This document shows, in pieces, positions 9,029 to 18,844 of a stretch of 64,000 nt of DNA. The stretch is from Kiritimatiellia bacterium (GTDB taxonomy: Bacteria > Verrucomicrobiota > Kiritimatiellia > JAAZAB01), in the NCBI GenBank assembly GCA_040767085.1, contig JAXGPF010000012.1, positions 136,646-200,645 of the forward strand, given 5' to 3'. Below the pieces are notes generated by a model, which did no database searches, was not told where the DNA came from, and saw nothing but the letters and a program-made list of their open reading frames with translations. Position numbers and translations under genes: made by a program. The stretch's first letter is position 1. The number at the start of each line of letters is the position of its first letter.

Positions 9029-10384
9029 ATGAAGTATCTTGGGCTTTTGTGCTTGGCGCTTGGATTGAGCCTGCCGGCCGCCGGCGCCGGCACCTGGTAT
9101 GTGGATGATGACCGTCCGGATGATTCCGGCGACGGCGCAAGTTGGGCGTCCGCCAAGCGCACCATTCAGGCGGCGGCGGACCTGGCGGTTGCCGGCGGCG
9201 GATTGGTTCTGGTGACCAACGGCGTCTATCGCGAAGGGGGCAAGGCCGATACGGACGGAATCACCAACCGCGTCTACAGCGCCAACGGCGTCACCATTCA
9301 GGCGATGAGTACGAATCCGTGGGATACCGTGATTGAAGGCGCCCCGGACCCGGATACGGGCGGGCTCGGGCCGAAGGCGGTCAGGGGATTCAAGGGGCCG
9401 CTTTACGGCGGTACGGCCTATTTGATCGGTTTCACGATTTCCAATGGATACACCTGGGCCAGCGGCGGTATGGATTTCAAGGATCGCCGCGGCGGCGGCG
9501 CCAACGGCGGTATTTTGAGCAATTGTGTCGTGACCGGCAATGCCGCGATTGACGGCGGCGGCGCTGGATATCTGGTTGCCTATAATTGCATCATACAAAA
9601 TAATACGGCGGTGACCAATGGCGGCGGGTTGTATTACTCGCAGGCGTATGCTTGCCTGATCAGCAACAACACCGCCGGCGCTGCCGGCGGTGGGCTGAAT
9701 CAATGCAATGCCGTCGGCAGTGAAATCGTCAATAACGCCGCTATAGCAGGCGGCGCTATGGCATTAAATTGCAGCGCCACGAATTGTATCATCCGTGGCA
9801 ACACGGCGTCTTCCTATGGTGCGGTGGCGGGTTATTCACAGGCGACCTGGCATCGTTTCCATAATTGCCTGATTGTTGAAAACACCGGGCCATATGGCGC
9901 CATTTACCAGCGTCTTGGGACGGCTGGCAATGTCGGTACGCTGATCAATTGCACCATGGTCAGCAATCGCGCGACCACCGCCGGCCGTTGCGCCGGCTTG
10001 GTCGGGTTGAACGGCTTGAACCCGGGGCCGTATTTGATTACCAACAGCATCATCCGCTACAATTGGAATATCGCCGATGACGTGGAATCCAACTACTGGT
10101 TGGCTGCAACCAACAGTTGGGTATCGCATTCATGCCTGGCGCCGGATGTCACGGGGCAGCTATTTGACATGGGCGGGAATAATGCCGCCGACCCTTTGAT
10201 AGCAGCCGGGGCGGGATATTGCCTGCAAAATATTTCACCTTGCATCAATGCCGGAACCAATCAGCCGTGGATGGACGATGCGGTTGATCTTTTGTTCAAC
10301 CGGCGGATTGATCGGATCGTCAGGCGGGTGGACATGGGCTGTTATGAATACATGTTCCCCGGATCGTTTTTCCGTGTGCGATGA
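9029..10384 (+). CDS. Secreted right-handed beta-helix protein with choice-of-anchor-Q-like C-terminus (copy 1), 451 aa
   Basis: Signal peptide; WYVD...GDGASWASAKRTIQAAAD; Gly/Asn-rich GGG/NC repeats; SPCINAG...VDMGCYE. Confidence 0.85.
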   Translation: MKYLGLLCLALGLSLPAAGAGTWYVDDDRPDDSGDGASWASAKRTIQAAADLAVAGGGLVLVTNGVYREGGKADTDGITNRVYSANGVTIQAMSTNPWDTVIEGAPDPDTGGLGPKAVRGFKGPLYGGTAYLIGFTISNGYTWASGGMDFKDRRGGGANGGILSNCVVTGNAAIDGGGAGYLVAYNCIIQNNTAVTNGGGLYYSQAYACLISNNTAGAAGGGLNQCNAVGSEIVNNAAIAGGAMALNCSATNCIIRGNTASSYGAVAGYSQATWHRFHNCLIVENTGPYGAIYQRLGTAGNVGTLINCTMVSNRATTAGRCAGLVGLNGLNPGPYLITNSIIRYNWNIADDVESNYWLAATNSWVSHSCLAPDVTGQLFDMGGNNAADPLIAAGAGYCLQNISPCINAGTNQPWMDDAVDLLFNRRIDRIVRRVDMGCYEYMFPGSFFRVR

Positions 10385-10585
10385 AACCCCGGCCATCCGG
10401 GGGATGGTGGTTATGGCATTTCGAAGACTATAACGGCCATATATCATGGTGCGGGTATCCGACGCGGTGCAGCCGATGCGCCGCAATCGATCGGGTTCCT
10501 GCCGTTGGAAGCAAAACCAGCCAGGACAACGGTTTGGACGAATCCAAGGCCGGCGGCTGCGGGTATGATAGGGTTTGTCGCCGAT

Positions 10586-12298
10586 ATGAATATGAATCAG
10601 CAGGGTTCTAAAGCTGTTTACGGTTACAGAATATTAAGAGATGTCGGCATTACGATGCGGGATGGAGTCCGCCTTTCTGCAAATATCTTTCTCCCCGGGG
10701 CGGAGGGGAAATTTCCGGTGATCTTTCAACGCATGCCGTACGGGCACAGCGGAAACGGCATAGGAGAATTTTATGCGCAGCGGGGTTACGCTTACTTGAT
10801 CCAGGACTGCCGCGGGCGTTATGATTCCGCGGGCGAATTTTATCCTTTCCGGGATGACGGGCGCGACGGTTATGACAGCCTTGACTGGATCTGTGCGCAG
10901 CCCTGGAGTAATGGCCGGGTTGGCATGTTCGGGCCATCCTACCTGGGCGCCGTGCAATGGCTTTTGGCAATCGAAAAGCATCCGGCGCTTCAGGCGATCG
11001 TTCCCAATGTCATACCCGGCGATTTCTGGAGGAACGGCTACTGGAAAAGCGGCACGTTCAGCCTGGCGCTTAATTCCCTCTGGCTGTGTCTGGAGATTTC
11101 CGGCCGCACCAGCGATTTAAACATGATCCCGGCGTATGATTTGAATGCTTTTTTCCGGCATCTGCCCCTGATGACCCTGGATGAAAAAGCCGGCAGACCA
11201 TGTCAGTTCTGGAAGGATTTTCTCAAAAACAACCGTTACGGAAAATATTGGGAAAGCCTCGGGATTCACCACAGATATGAACAAATCCAGGTCCCGACAT
11301 TTATAATGGGCGGATGGTTCGATTATTATCCCGGAGAAGCCTTTCGTTCTTTCAACGGCCTTCGAAAAAACTCACGGGATGAAAAACTTAAAAAACGGCG
11401 TAAAATCATCATTGGCCCATGGCAACACCTGATAAGCAATTCGACCAAACTGGGCGAAATTGACTTCGGCGCAGAATCCCTGCTGGATATAAATAATTTA
11501 GCCTTGCGCTGGTTTGACTGTTTGCTCAAGGATATCAATACCGGGATACTTGATGAGCCGCCGGTCGCTATCTTTGTGATGGGTATAAATAAATGGCGCC
11601 AGGAAAATGAATGGCCATTGGCCAGAACCAGATATGTCGATTATTATCTGCATAGCGGCGGTGCGGCGGGAACCGACGGGCATGACGGCGTTCTGAGTAT
11701 TGAACCGCCCGGCGAGGAAATCCCGGATGAATATATTTATGATCCGGAAAACCCCGTCCCCACCATAGGCGGCAATCATTCCATTTGCTGGCCGGCCGCA
11801 TATCATGTAATTGCTCCCGGACCGTTTGACCAGAGAAAAGTTGAAATTCGAAACGATGTTCTTGTTTATACTTCCGATCCGCTTGCGGAAGACCTGGAAG
11901 TGACCGGCCTGATTCAGCTTGCGCTCTATGCTGCAAGCGATGCCCAGGACACCGATTGGACGGCAAAACTGGTTGACGTGTATCCGGACGGCCGGGCGAT
12001 GAACTTGTCCGAGGGTGTTATCCGGGCAAAATTCCGGGAAAGCATATATGCGGAACCGAAGCTTCTGGAACCCGGGCGAATTTACGAGTATGAAATCGAA
12101 ATGCAGCCGACCAGCAATGTATTCCTCAAAGGGCACAGAATCAGGCTGGACATCAGCAGCAGCAACTTCCCGTTGTGGGACAGAAATCTGAATACCGGAC
12201 ATGAGACGGGCATGGATGCGGAAATGCGCATCGCCCGCCAGACCATTTACCATTCGCGGAAATACCCTTCGCGTCTCAGATTACCCGTCATCCCTTGA
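10586..12298 (+). CDS. CocE/NonD (peptidase S15) family serine hydrolase, ~570 aa
   Basis: MRDGVRLSANIF, QDCRGRYDSAG, nucleophile GPSYLG, GGWFD, IIGPWQH, HRIRLDISSSNFP. Start uncertain (10565-10592). Confidence 0.93.
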   Translation: MNMNQQGSKAVYGYRILRDVGITMRDGVRLSANIFLPGAEGKFPVIFQRMPYGHSGNGIGEFYAQRGYAYLIQDCRGRYDSAGEFYPFRDDGRDGYDSLDWICAQPWSNGRVGMFGPSYLGAVQWLLAIEKHPALQAIVPNVIPGDFWRNGYWKSGTFSLALNSLWLCLEISGRTSDLNMIPAYDLNAFFRHLPLMTLDEKAGRPCQFWKDFLKNNRYGKYWESLGIHHRYEQIQVPTFIMGGWFDYYPGEAFRSFNGLRKNSRDEKLKKRRKIIIGPWQHLISNSTKLGEIDFGAESLLDINNLALRWFDCLLKDINTGILDEPPVAIFVMGINKWRQENEWPLARTRYVDYYLHSGGAAGTDGHDGVLSIEPPGEEIPDEYIYDPENPVPTIGGNHSICWPAAYHVIAPGPFDQRKVEIRNDVLVYTSDPLAEDLEVTGLIQLALYAASDAQDTDWTAKLVDVYPDGRAMNLSEGVIRAKFRESIYAEPKLLEPGRIYEYEIEMQPTSNVFLKGHRIRLDISSSNFPLWDRNLNTGHETGMDAEMRIARQTIYHSRKYPSRLRLPVIP

Positions 12299-12353
12299 CG
12301 AATTTTACCCGCGGCAGACTGGTCCAGGCCCTGGATGCAGCCGGAGTTTGTAT
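12297..12353 (-). pseudogene. Vestigial 5' stub of an araC-family paralog
   Basis: Minus strand reads I-QTPAASRAWTSLPRVKFV versus MQTQDTSRAWTSLPRVKII of 3926-; start ATG changed to ATA; similarity ends at the CocE stop codon. Confidence 0.8.
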
Positions 12354-12366
12354 GGTACGGCATGGA

Positions 12367-12429
12367 GCAATAAATTCCACCAAAACGCAATATATTTCAG
12401 TTGGCACGCGCGCGGCGAGTGGTTAGATT
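12367..12429 (+). promoter_or_regulatory. Duplicated promoter (copy of 3940-4002)
   Basis: GCAATA at 12367 and 12387; TTGGCA (12401-12406), 17 bp, TAGATT (12424-12429). Confidence 0.6.
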
Positions 12430-12489
12430 GTAATGGTTAAGAATGAGTTATGTGTGCGGAATTGTCTGATTTCAACAACAGGAGCGAGT

Positions 12490-13953
12490 ATGCGTAAAAT
12501 ATGCTTGTTGGTGACGGCGGGGTATGCGTCGTTCCTTGCGGCCGACACCCATTACGTGGTGCTCAACAACCCGGGCGCGGAATCGAATTACACCAGTTGG
12601 GCGACGGCGGCGGCGAACATCCAGGATGCGGTGGATGCGGCGGCGGCCAGCGATGTGGTTTTGGTGTCGAACGGCACTTATAACGCTGGCGGCCGGACGG
12701 AAGGCGCCTACACGCTGACCAACCGGGTGCTGGTTACCAAGGTCCTCGAATTGCGCGCCGTCAGCACCAATCCCGCCGATACGATCATTGAAGGCGCGGC
12801 GGACCCGGACGGGATCAACGGCAACGGCCCGGCTGCCGTGCGGGCCTTGCGCTTGACGGTTACTGGCGCGAAAATCGTCAATTTTACCATCCGTAACGGG
12901 CACACTCAAACCAACGGCGATATAGCCGCTGAGCAATCCGGCGGCGGCATTCTGGGGCATTGGCCATCTGTGTCAAACTGCGTGATTGAAAATTGCGGCG
13001 CCCGCGCCAATGGCGGCGGGTTTACCTATGGCTATTTGTATGATTGCGTGGTCAGCAATAACCAGGCGGACGGCGTTGGTGCGGGAAATGTTTTTGGCGG
13101 CGGCGGGGCTTATAACTCCGGCGCTTATGATTCGACGATTGTCAATAACCGGTCGTTGAAAAATGGCGGGGGGTTGGCTGCCGGCAACATTATTTCCAAT
13201 TGCCTGGTTGCCGGGAATGCCGCCGTCAATAGCGGCGGAGGCATTCACTATTATAATCATGCCGGGCTGAGCGTGGATTCGGTTTACAGCAATAACGAAT
13301 GCGGCAGCAACGGCGGCGGACTATACAACACTAAGATATTGCGGTGCCGGGTGGTGGATAACCGTGCCGGTATTGTTAGCGGCATTGGCGGCGGGGCGAG
13401 TTCCTGTTATGCCACCAACAGCATATTCTATGGCAATACCGCTGCTTATGCCGGCGGCATTGGCGGGTCGTCGACGAACAACAGTTACCCGGTATATAAC
13501 TGCCTGATTTACAGCAACATCGCCGGGACTGCCGGCGCCATGCGGTATGCCTTCCCTGTGAATTGCACGATTGTCGGCAACATCGCGTCCAACGGCGCGG
13601 CCGGGCTGGATACTGGCGTTGTGGCCACTAATTGCATCGTTTACGATAATGTCACCGAGGGGACCGTCAGCAATTATTCCGGCACGGTGCAGTTTAAAAA
13701 CTGCAATGTCTGGCCGCTGCCGACTGGCGGCGGCGATCTGGGCGATAATAGTTCCAATGCGCCGTCCTTCATGAATTTGCCGGCCGCGGATTTCCGGCTG
13801 GCGCCCCGCGATTCGTGCATCAACGCAGGCTTGACGGAAAGCTGGATGGCGGACACGGTTGATCTGGACGGGCGGGCGCGCGTGCGTTACGGGGCGGTGG
13901 ATATGGGCTGTTACGAGCAAATTTACCAGGGCACGCTCTATTCCATCCATTAG
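12490..13953 (+). CDS. Secreted beta-helix / choice-of-anchor-Q-like protein (copy 2), 487 aa
   Basis: RBS aggag before ATG 12490; YTSWATAAANIQDAVDAA; GGG repeats; SCINAG...DLDGRARV...VDMGCYE. Confidence 0.85.
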   Translation: MRKICLLVTAGYASFLAADTHYVVLNNPGAESNYTSWATAAANIQDAVDAAAASDVVLVSNGTYNAGGRTEGAYTLTNRVLVTKVLELRAVSTNPADTIIEGAADPDGINGNGPAAVRALRLTVTGAKIVNFTIRNGHTQTNGDIAAEQSGGGILGHWPSVSNCVIENCGARANGGGFTYGYLYDCVVSNNQADGVGAGNVFGGGGAYNSGAYDSTIVNNRSLKNGGGLAAGNIISNCLVAGNAAVNSGGGIHYYNHAGLSVDSVYSNNECGSNGGGLYNTKILRCRVVDNRAGIVSGIGGGASSCYATNSIFYGNTAAYAGGIGGSSTNNSYPVYNCLIYSNIAGTAGAMRYAFPVNCTIVGNIASNGAAGLDTGVVATNCIVYDNVTEGTVSNYSGTVQFKNCNVWPLPTGGGDLGDNSSNAPSFMNLPAADFRLAPRDSCINAGLTESWMADTVDLDGRARVRYGAVDMGCYEQIYQGTLYSIH

Positions 13954-13963
13954 CGCAACAATC

Positions 13964-15154
13964 ATGAAAAAAATCATTCCGTCCCGCCGCCGGCGCCTGG
14001 TTATCCTGGCCTGGTTGTTGTCCATCCCTCTGTATGCCGGCATGCCGCGGTTCGATGCCGACCCGCTGTGCCGGACGGAAAAGATTCCCGGGCTGGTCGC
14101 CCTGGCCTTCGGCGATTTAAATGGCGACGGCCTGCCGGACATGCTGGCCAATGCCTTCGGCGCCAACCAAGCCGGCGCGGAGGCGGAAATCCTCGTGTTT
14201 TACAACCGGGCGGGCAAGCTGCCGGAGGCGCCGGACCGGAAAATTCCATCCCCGCATTGTTTCCGCATGACCGTGTACGACTTCGATCAGGATGGGAAGA
14301 ATGACATTGGTTTGGTGGCGGGATCCCGTCTGCACTTCCTTTTGCACAAGGATGGGTTTGATCCTGAAAAGAAGCGGGAGTTTTTTAACACCAATCAACG
14401 GGTCACGGACATACAGGTGTGTAAATTAAACAATGCCGGAATATTTGATGTATTGGTCGGGCCGGTCTGGCGCAAGTTCACCGCGGCCCAAAGCGGTTTT
14501 ACGGTTCAAAACGGTTATATCCTGGGGCCGAAGATCAATGACACCTGGCGCACGCTGGCGGTGGATGTCAATGCCGACGGGTTCATGGACATCGTCGGAT
14601 CGGGCCGGAACGACAATACCCTGCGGATTTATTACGGCCCGATTTTGTCGCTGAACGTCTATCCGGACGACTTGAGCGATTTCCTGCAACTCCCGGTGTC
14701 GCCCGGCGGCATTTACGGCGGATTCGCCGTGGCCGACTTGAATGGCGACCACATGGCCGACCTGGTGGTGGCCGACGGCCGGAACCGCCAGACCTACATC
14801 TATTACCAGAACGAGCCGGCGGGCTTCGACGGAGATGCCCAGCCCTCGCTGACCATCAAAGGCGGCGGCATAGTTTACACGCCCGACCTGGCCGGCAACG
14901 GGACTGCCAGTCTTGTGATTCTGGATGATGCCAGCAAAGCCGGCGTTTTCCAGCCGCGGGCCGGCCGGGCGATCCCGGATGACCTGGCGAATTTCGACCA
15001 GGTCTTGCGGCTGCCCCGGACGATCCGATTGTATTTCGCGGATATGGACAGCAATGGCTGCCAGGACATGATCCGGCAAGGGCATGACGGCAGCGTAGCG
15101 ATCCATGCGTGCCGGCCCGGCCCGGACCAGCCTGCCGGCGTTTCCGGTGATTGA
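13964..15154 (+). CDS. Secreted FG-GAP/VCBS repeat protein, 396 aa, paralog of 6377-7573
   Basis: GDLNGDGLPD, DFDQDGKND, DVNADGFMD, ADLNGDHMAD; shares WRK, RIYYGPI and QNxPxGF with the paralog. Confidence 0.9.
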   Translation: MKKIIPSRRRRLVILAWLLSIPLYAGMPRFDADPLCRTEKIPGLVALAFGDLNGDGLPDMLANAFGANQAGAEAEILVFYNRAGKLPEAPDRKIPSPHCFRMTVYDFDQDGKNDIGLVAGSRLHFLLHKDGFDPEKKREFFNTNQRVTDIQVCKLNNAGIFDVLVGPVWRKFTAAQSGFTVQNGYILGPKINDTWRTLAVDVNADGFMDIVGSGRNDNTLRIYYGPILSLNVYPDDLSDFLQLPVSPGGIYGGFAVADLNGDHMADLVVADGRNRQTYIYYQNEPAGFDGDAQPSLTIKGGGIVYTPDLAGNGTASLVILDDASKAGVFQPRAGRAIPDDLANFDQVLRLPRTIRLYFADMDSNGCQDMIRQGHDGSVAIHACRPGPDQPAGVSGD

Positions 15155-15173
15155 CCAGTTGTATGAGAGCATT

Positions 15174-17417
15174 ATGAAAACCTGGCGTATTTGGCTGATG
15201 GGATTGGCGGTCATGGCGGCGGCCGCCGCGGCGGCGGCGGAAGGCGCGGCGGAAGGCGCGGTAGAATCCGTGGCGGATCGCTTGCGGAACGATCCGTACA
15301 TGATCCCGTTTTACACCGGCAAAATATTGCCATGCCCCCGCGAGACCGCGGATCACGCGGAGTTTTATCCGCTGGCCAATACCGGCATCCTGCTGGGCGG
15401 CGGCCTGGCCGCCGATGATCCGCGGTTGCGTTTGCTCCTGAACCGGATCACGCAATACGGCGGCGCGTATAAATTCGTGGATGCGCTGGATGCCGATTGC
15501 GCGACGATTTTCGTTGCGGGCGGCACGCCGGCCGGCCTGGCCATGCCGGCGCCGCCGGACCGGCCGCAGGGTTACGCGATCCGGTGCGCGCGGCGGAATG
15601 GGCGCAATCTCGTGGTCTTCAGCGGACGCGATGACCTGGGCCTGACCTGGGCGGTGAATTCCCTGGTCCAACTGATCGCCTGGCAGGACGGCGCCTGCGT
15701 CCTGCACGCCATGGATGTCAGCGATTACCCGTTCATGGAGCGTCGCGGAACCACCGGCCCGGGCGTGAAGGACTACGTGGATGCCTCCCGGATCTATCCC
15801 TTGATGACCAAGCTGGACCTGCTGCAATTCAGCAAATCGCTGCTGGTGCCCCGCCGCGCCGCGCCGATCGAGTGGATTGACTGGCGGGCGCCGCGGCCGA
15901 AGGAGTTGACGGACAAGGTGGCGGCCATCGGCGCCAACCTGCGCGGCCTGGGCATCGTCTGGCAAGCCGGCATCATGCCCTATACCATCGGCAACGGCAT
16001 CGAGGGCAAGTACGGGCTGATCCAGGTGGACAGCCAAAGCGACGAACATTTCGAGATCATCTGGAAAATGTGCGAGCCGATCCTCCGGGCGGGCGGGGGC
16101 CTCATATATACGCCGGATGACTACCGCTTCCCGCTCAGCCCCGGCGATGAAAAAAATTTCGGGACGGCGCGGGATGCCGACGTCTTCTTCATGAACCGCC
16201 TCTATGCCAGGATCAAGGCGGAATACCCCGGCGCGGAGTTGTCCATGGTCCAGCCGTTTTACTGGGGGCCGACGGACACCAATCCCTGGTCGGCGGAATC
16301 GCCGCTGGAGTATTTGAAGGCGCTGGGCGCGGGATTGCCGCCGGAGATCAACCTGGCCTGGACCGGCCCGAGCGTCAAAACCGCCGCGTTTACCAGCGCG
16401 GATACCGCCAGGTTCGCGGCCTTGATCCGGCGCAAGCCTTATTTCTTCCAGAATTCCTCGGATTTTTTCCATGCCTACCGCTGGATTTATCCCACGGATG
16501 AACTGCGCTGGTGGCTGGGCGCCGGCCGCGATAAGGGCGTTTACCTCGAAGTCAACGCCGCGGTTTTGAATTCGCTGGGCTTGTATTCGGACATGCTCTG
16601 GAGCGCCATGCTCTGGAATCCAGATGGCTACGATCCGAAAGCCTGCGCCCGGGACGCTGCGGAGAAAATGGTGGGCCCGGAAAACTACGGGCTGGTCCGC
16701 CAAATCGTGGAGGGGTTGGCATGGTTCGACCAGTTCGATTTCAAGCAGACGCCGGCGGCCGCCCGCGAATTAGCAGCCATTGAAGCCCGGCTGGCGGAAC
16801 TGGAAAAACTGTGCGCGGAATTCGAAAACGATTCCACCCATCCGGCCGCGGCGCGGCAATGGGCGTCGTTCGCCTGGCAGTTGCGGGCCGTCCGGATTTT
16901 CCGCGACAGCCTCAAGAAAAATCCCAGCCTGGCCTTGTTTGCCGTCCAGGGCGCCATGATCGAAAAACTGGCGCAGGAGGAGGCGGCATTCCAGGCGCGG
17001 ACGGACCGGATGTTTACCGCGTATGACTTTGCCGGCGGCCCCAAGCCTCAGCAGATTTTCCAGCGGCTGGCAACCTGGATTTACGGCGCGCAGTCGCGCG
17101 CGCCGCAAATAGCGGTCTCGTTCGAAATCGAGCCGTACCCGCCGGAAACCGGCTATGTCTTGCTGATCTGCGGCCGCGATGGCGGCAACGGCGACCATTG
17201 CCCGATCGAGATCACCCTGAACGATCAAAGCATATTCAAGGGGCCGAATCCGTTCGCGCGCGATCAATGGACGGTGCGGGAGTTCCCGACGCCGTTGCCG
17301 GCATGGCAGCGCAACAATGTGTTGAAGATCGCCAATCTCGCGGAAAGCGCCCGGTCGGGCCGGCCGTATTTCGCGCTGAATTATTTGATATTAAGACAAG
17401 ATACAGGAGCCAAATGA
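15174..17417 (+). CDS. Secreted GH84-like glycoside hydrolase, 747 aa, paralog of 4052-6331
   Basis: PFYTGKI, TPDDYRFP, PFYWG, YLKALGAGLPPEINLAWTG, RKPYFFQN, FALNYLILR. Confidence 0.75.
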   Translation: MKTWRIWLMGLAVMAAAAAAAAEGAAEGAVESVADRLRNDPYMIPFYTGKILPCPRETADHAEFYPLANTGILLGGGLAADDPRLRLLLNRITQYGGAYKFVDALDADCATIFVAGGTPAGLAMPAPPDRPQGYAIRCARRNGRNLVVFSGRDDLGLTWAVNSLVQLIAWQDGACVLHAMDVSDYPFMERRGTTGPGVKDYVDASRIYPLMTKLDLLQFSKSLLVPRRAAPIEWIDWRAPRPKELTDKVAAIGANLRGLGIVWQAGIMPYTIGNGIEGKYGLIQVDSQSDEHFEIIWKMCEPILRAGGGLIYTPDDYRFPLSPGDEKNFGTARDADVFFMNRLYARIKAEYPGAELSMVQPFYWGPTDTNPWSAESPLEYLKALGAGLPPEINLAWTGPSVKTAAFTSADTARFAALIRRKPYFFQNSSDFFHAYRWIYPTDELRWWLGAGRDKGVYLEVNAAVLNSLGLYSDMLWSAMLWNPDGYDPKACARDAAEKMVGPENYGLVRQIVEGLAWFDQFDFKQTPAAARELAAIEARLAELEKLCAEFENDSTHPAAARQWASFAWQLRAVRIFRDSLKKNPSLALFAVQGAMIEKLAQEEAAFQARTDRMFTAYDFAGGPKPQQIFQRLATWIYGAQSRAPQIAVSFEIEPYPPETGYVLLICGRDGGNGDHCPIEITLNDQSIFKGPNPFARDQWTVREFPTPLPAWQRNNVLKIANLAESARSGRPYFALNYLILRQDTGAK

Positions 17418-18844
17418 CGCATGAACAAACGCTTGCCGCCGGCGCGGCCGGCGCGGACATTACCCCTGAAATGGGGGTGCAGATCGCCGGCGATATCGGG
17501 CGTTACCGGCCGGTTGAGGAAATCCGCGACCGGCTGCATGCGAAGGTGTTGATTCTCAACGACGGCGCAAATACCGCCTGCATCGTTGCCGCGGACTTGA
17601 CCGCGGTGCAGCGCGATCGGACCGCTCCATTGCGCGCCCGGATTGCCGAATATTTGAAAATCCCCCGGGAAGCGGTAATCATCCACGCCACGCAGACCCA
17701 TTCCGCGCCGGCCTTGGGCAATGAAATCCTGTCCCAAAATTATCTCCAAAAGTTTCCGCCCAGCCTGGCCTGGATCGGCGGCGGCGATGCGCGGTACGAA
17801 GCGTTTTTAACGGACCGCGTCATGTCGGCGGTGCAGGCGGCGCGGTCGGCGCTGGAACCAGTCCGGCTGCGGGCGGCGCGCGGGTATGACTCCCGGGTGG
17901 CCACCAACCGCCGTTACATTTCCCGCGATGACACCGGCATCTACCAGGCACGCCCGGATAATCCCAACATCTTATGCTGGGAAGGCCCGATCGATCCCGA
18001 GGTTGGCGTGGCGGTCTTGGAAAATCCAGCCGGACGGGTGATTTGCGCCATGCTGCACCATACCTGCCATCCCTGCCATGGATATCCCAAGCGCTGGATT
18101 TCGGCCGACTGGCCGGGATACTGGGCGCGCAAAATCGAAGAACATTTCGGCGGCGGCTGCGTGGCCATGGTTTTGAACGGCGCCTGCGGCAATATCCTGC
18201 ACGGCAATCCCTTCGATCCGGATCATAAAGGCCCGATTGAAACAAGGGGCGGCCACCTGGTTGAAACCACGGCCAAGATTCTGCCCCGGCTGGAGGAATT
18301 GCCCGGCGTCCCGGTGCGCTGCACCAGCAAGGTGCTCTCCATGCCGTTACGCCTAGCGTCCGCGGAGGCGCTGGCGGCGGCGCGGGAATTGACGGCCGCG
18401 CATCCCGATCCGGTCTGGCTGGACCCTGAAAAAACCAGGATTGACTGGAAATGGATGCATGCGCACTGGCTGCTGGATCAGGCCGCACTGAAAAAAACGC
18501 ACCCGCATTACGATTACGAAGTGCAGACCGTGCGCATCGGCGGCCTGGCGATCATCGGCTGGCCGGGCGAGCCGTTCGTCGAGGCGCAACTTGAAGTCAA
18601 AACCAAGGCGCCCGCGCGATACGTTTTCGTGGCGCATATGTGCAACGATTCGCCGGGGTACCAGCCGACCCGGAAAGCGTTCAAATACGGCGGGTACGAG
18701 GTCGAGTGGACCGACTTCGACGAAAACACCCTCGATACGGTGACGGCGGCCACCCGGCGCTTGATGCAGGATGTCTATGACGATGCCGGCGCTGATAAAC
18801 CGGAACTTGATGATGCTAAATCACACGGAGACCAAGATGCTTAA
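17414..18844 (+). CDS. Neutral-ceramidase-like amidase/deacylase, 476 aa
   Basis: DITP, RDRLHAKVL, HATQTHSAP, GPIDPEV, TCHP, ISADWPG, GACGN, PGEPF, GGYE. ATG 17414 overlaps the upstream stop, RBS aggag. Confidence 0.8.
   Translation: MTHEQTLAAGAAGADITPEMGVQIAGDIGRYRPVEEIRDRLHAKVLILNDGANTACIVAADLTAVQRDRTAPLRARIAEYLKIPREAVIIHATQTHSAPALGNEILSQNYLQKFPPSLAWIGGGDARYEAFLTDRVMSAVQAARSALEPVRLRAARGYDSRVATNRRYISRDDTGIYQARPDNPNILCWEGPIDPEVGVAVLENPAGRVICAMLHHTCHPCHGYPKRWISADWPGYWARKIEEHFGGGCVAMVLNGACGNILHGNPFDPDHKGPIETRGGHLVETTAKILPRLEELPGVPVRCTSKVLSMPLRLASAEALAAARELTAAHPDPVWLDPEKTRIDWKWMHAHWLLDQAALKKTHPHYDYEVQTVRIGGLAIIGWPGEPFVEAQLEVKTKAPARYVFVAHMCNDSPGYQPTRKAFKYGGYEVEWTDFDENTLDTVTAATRRLMQDVYDDAGADKPELDDAKSHGDQDA

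Noticed and set aside
10385-10585. Possible riboswitch or small ORF upstream of the CocE gene
   Set aside because: Only short GC stems and no recognisable aptamer consensus; the 76-aa ORF has no support.
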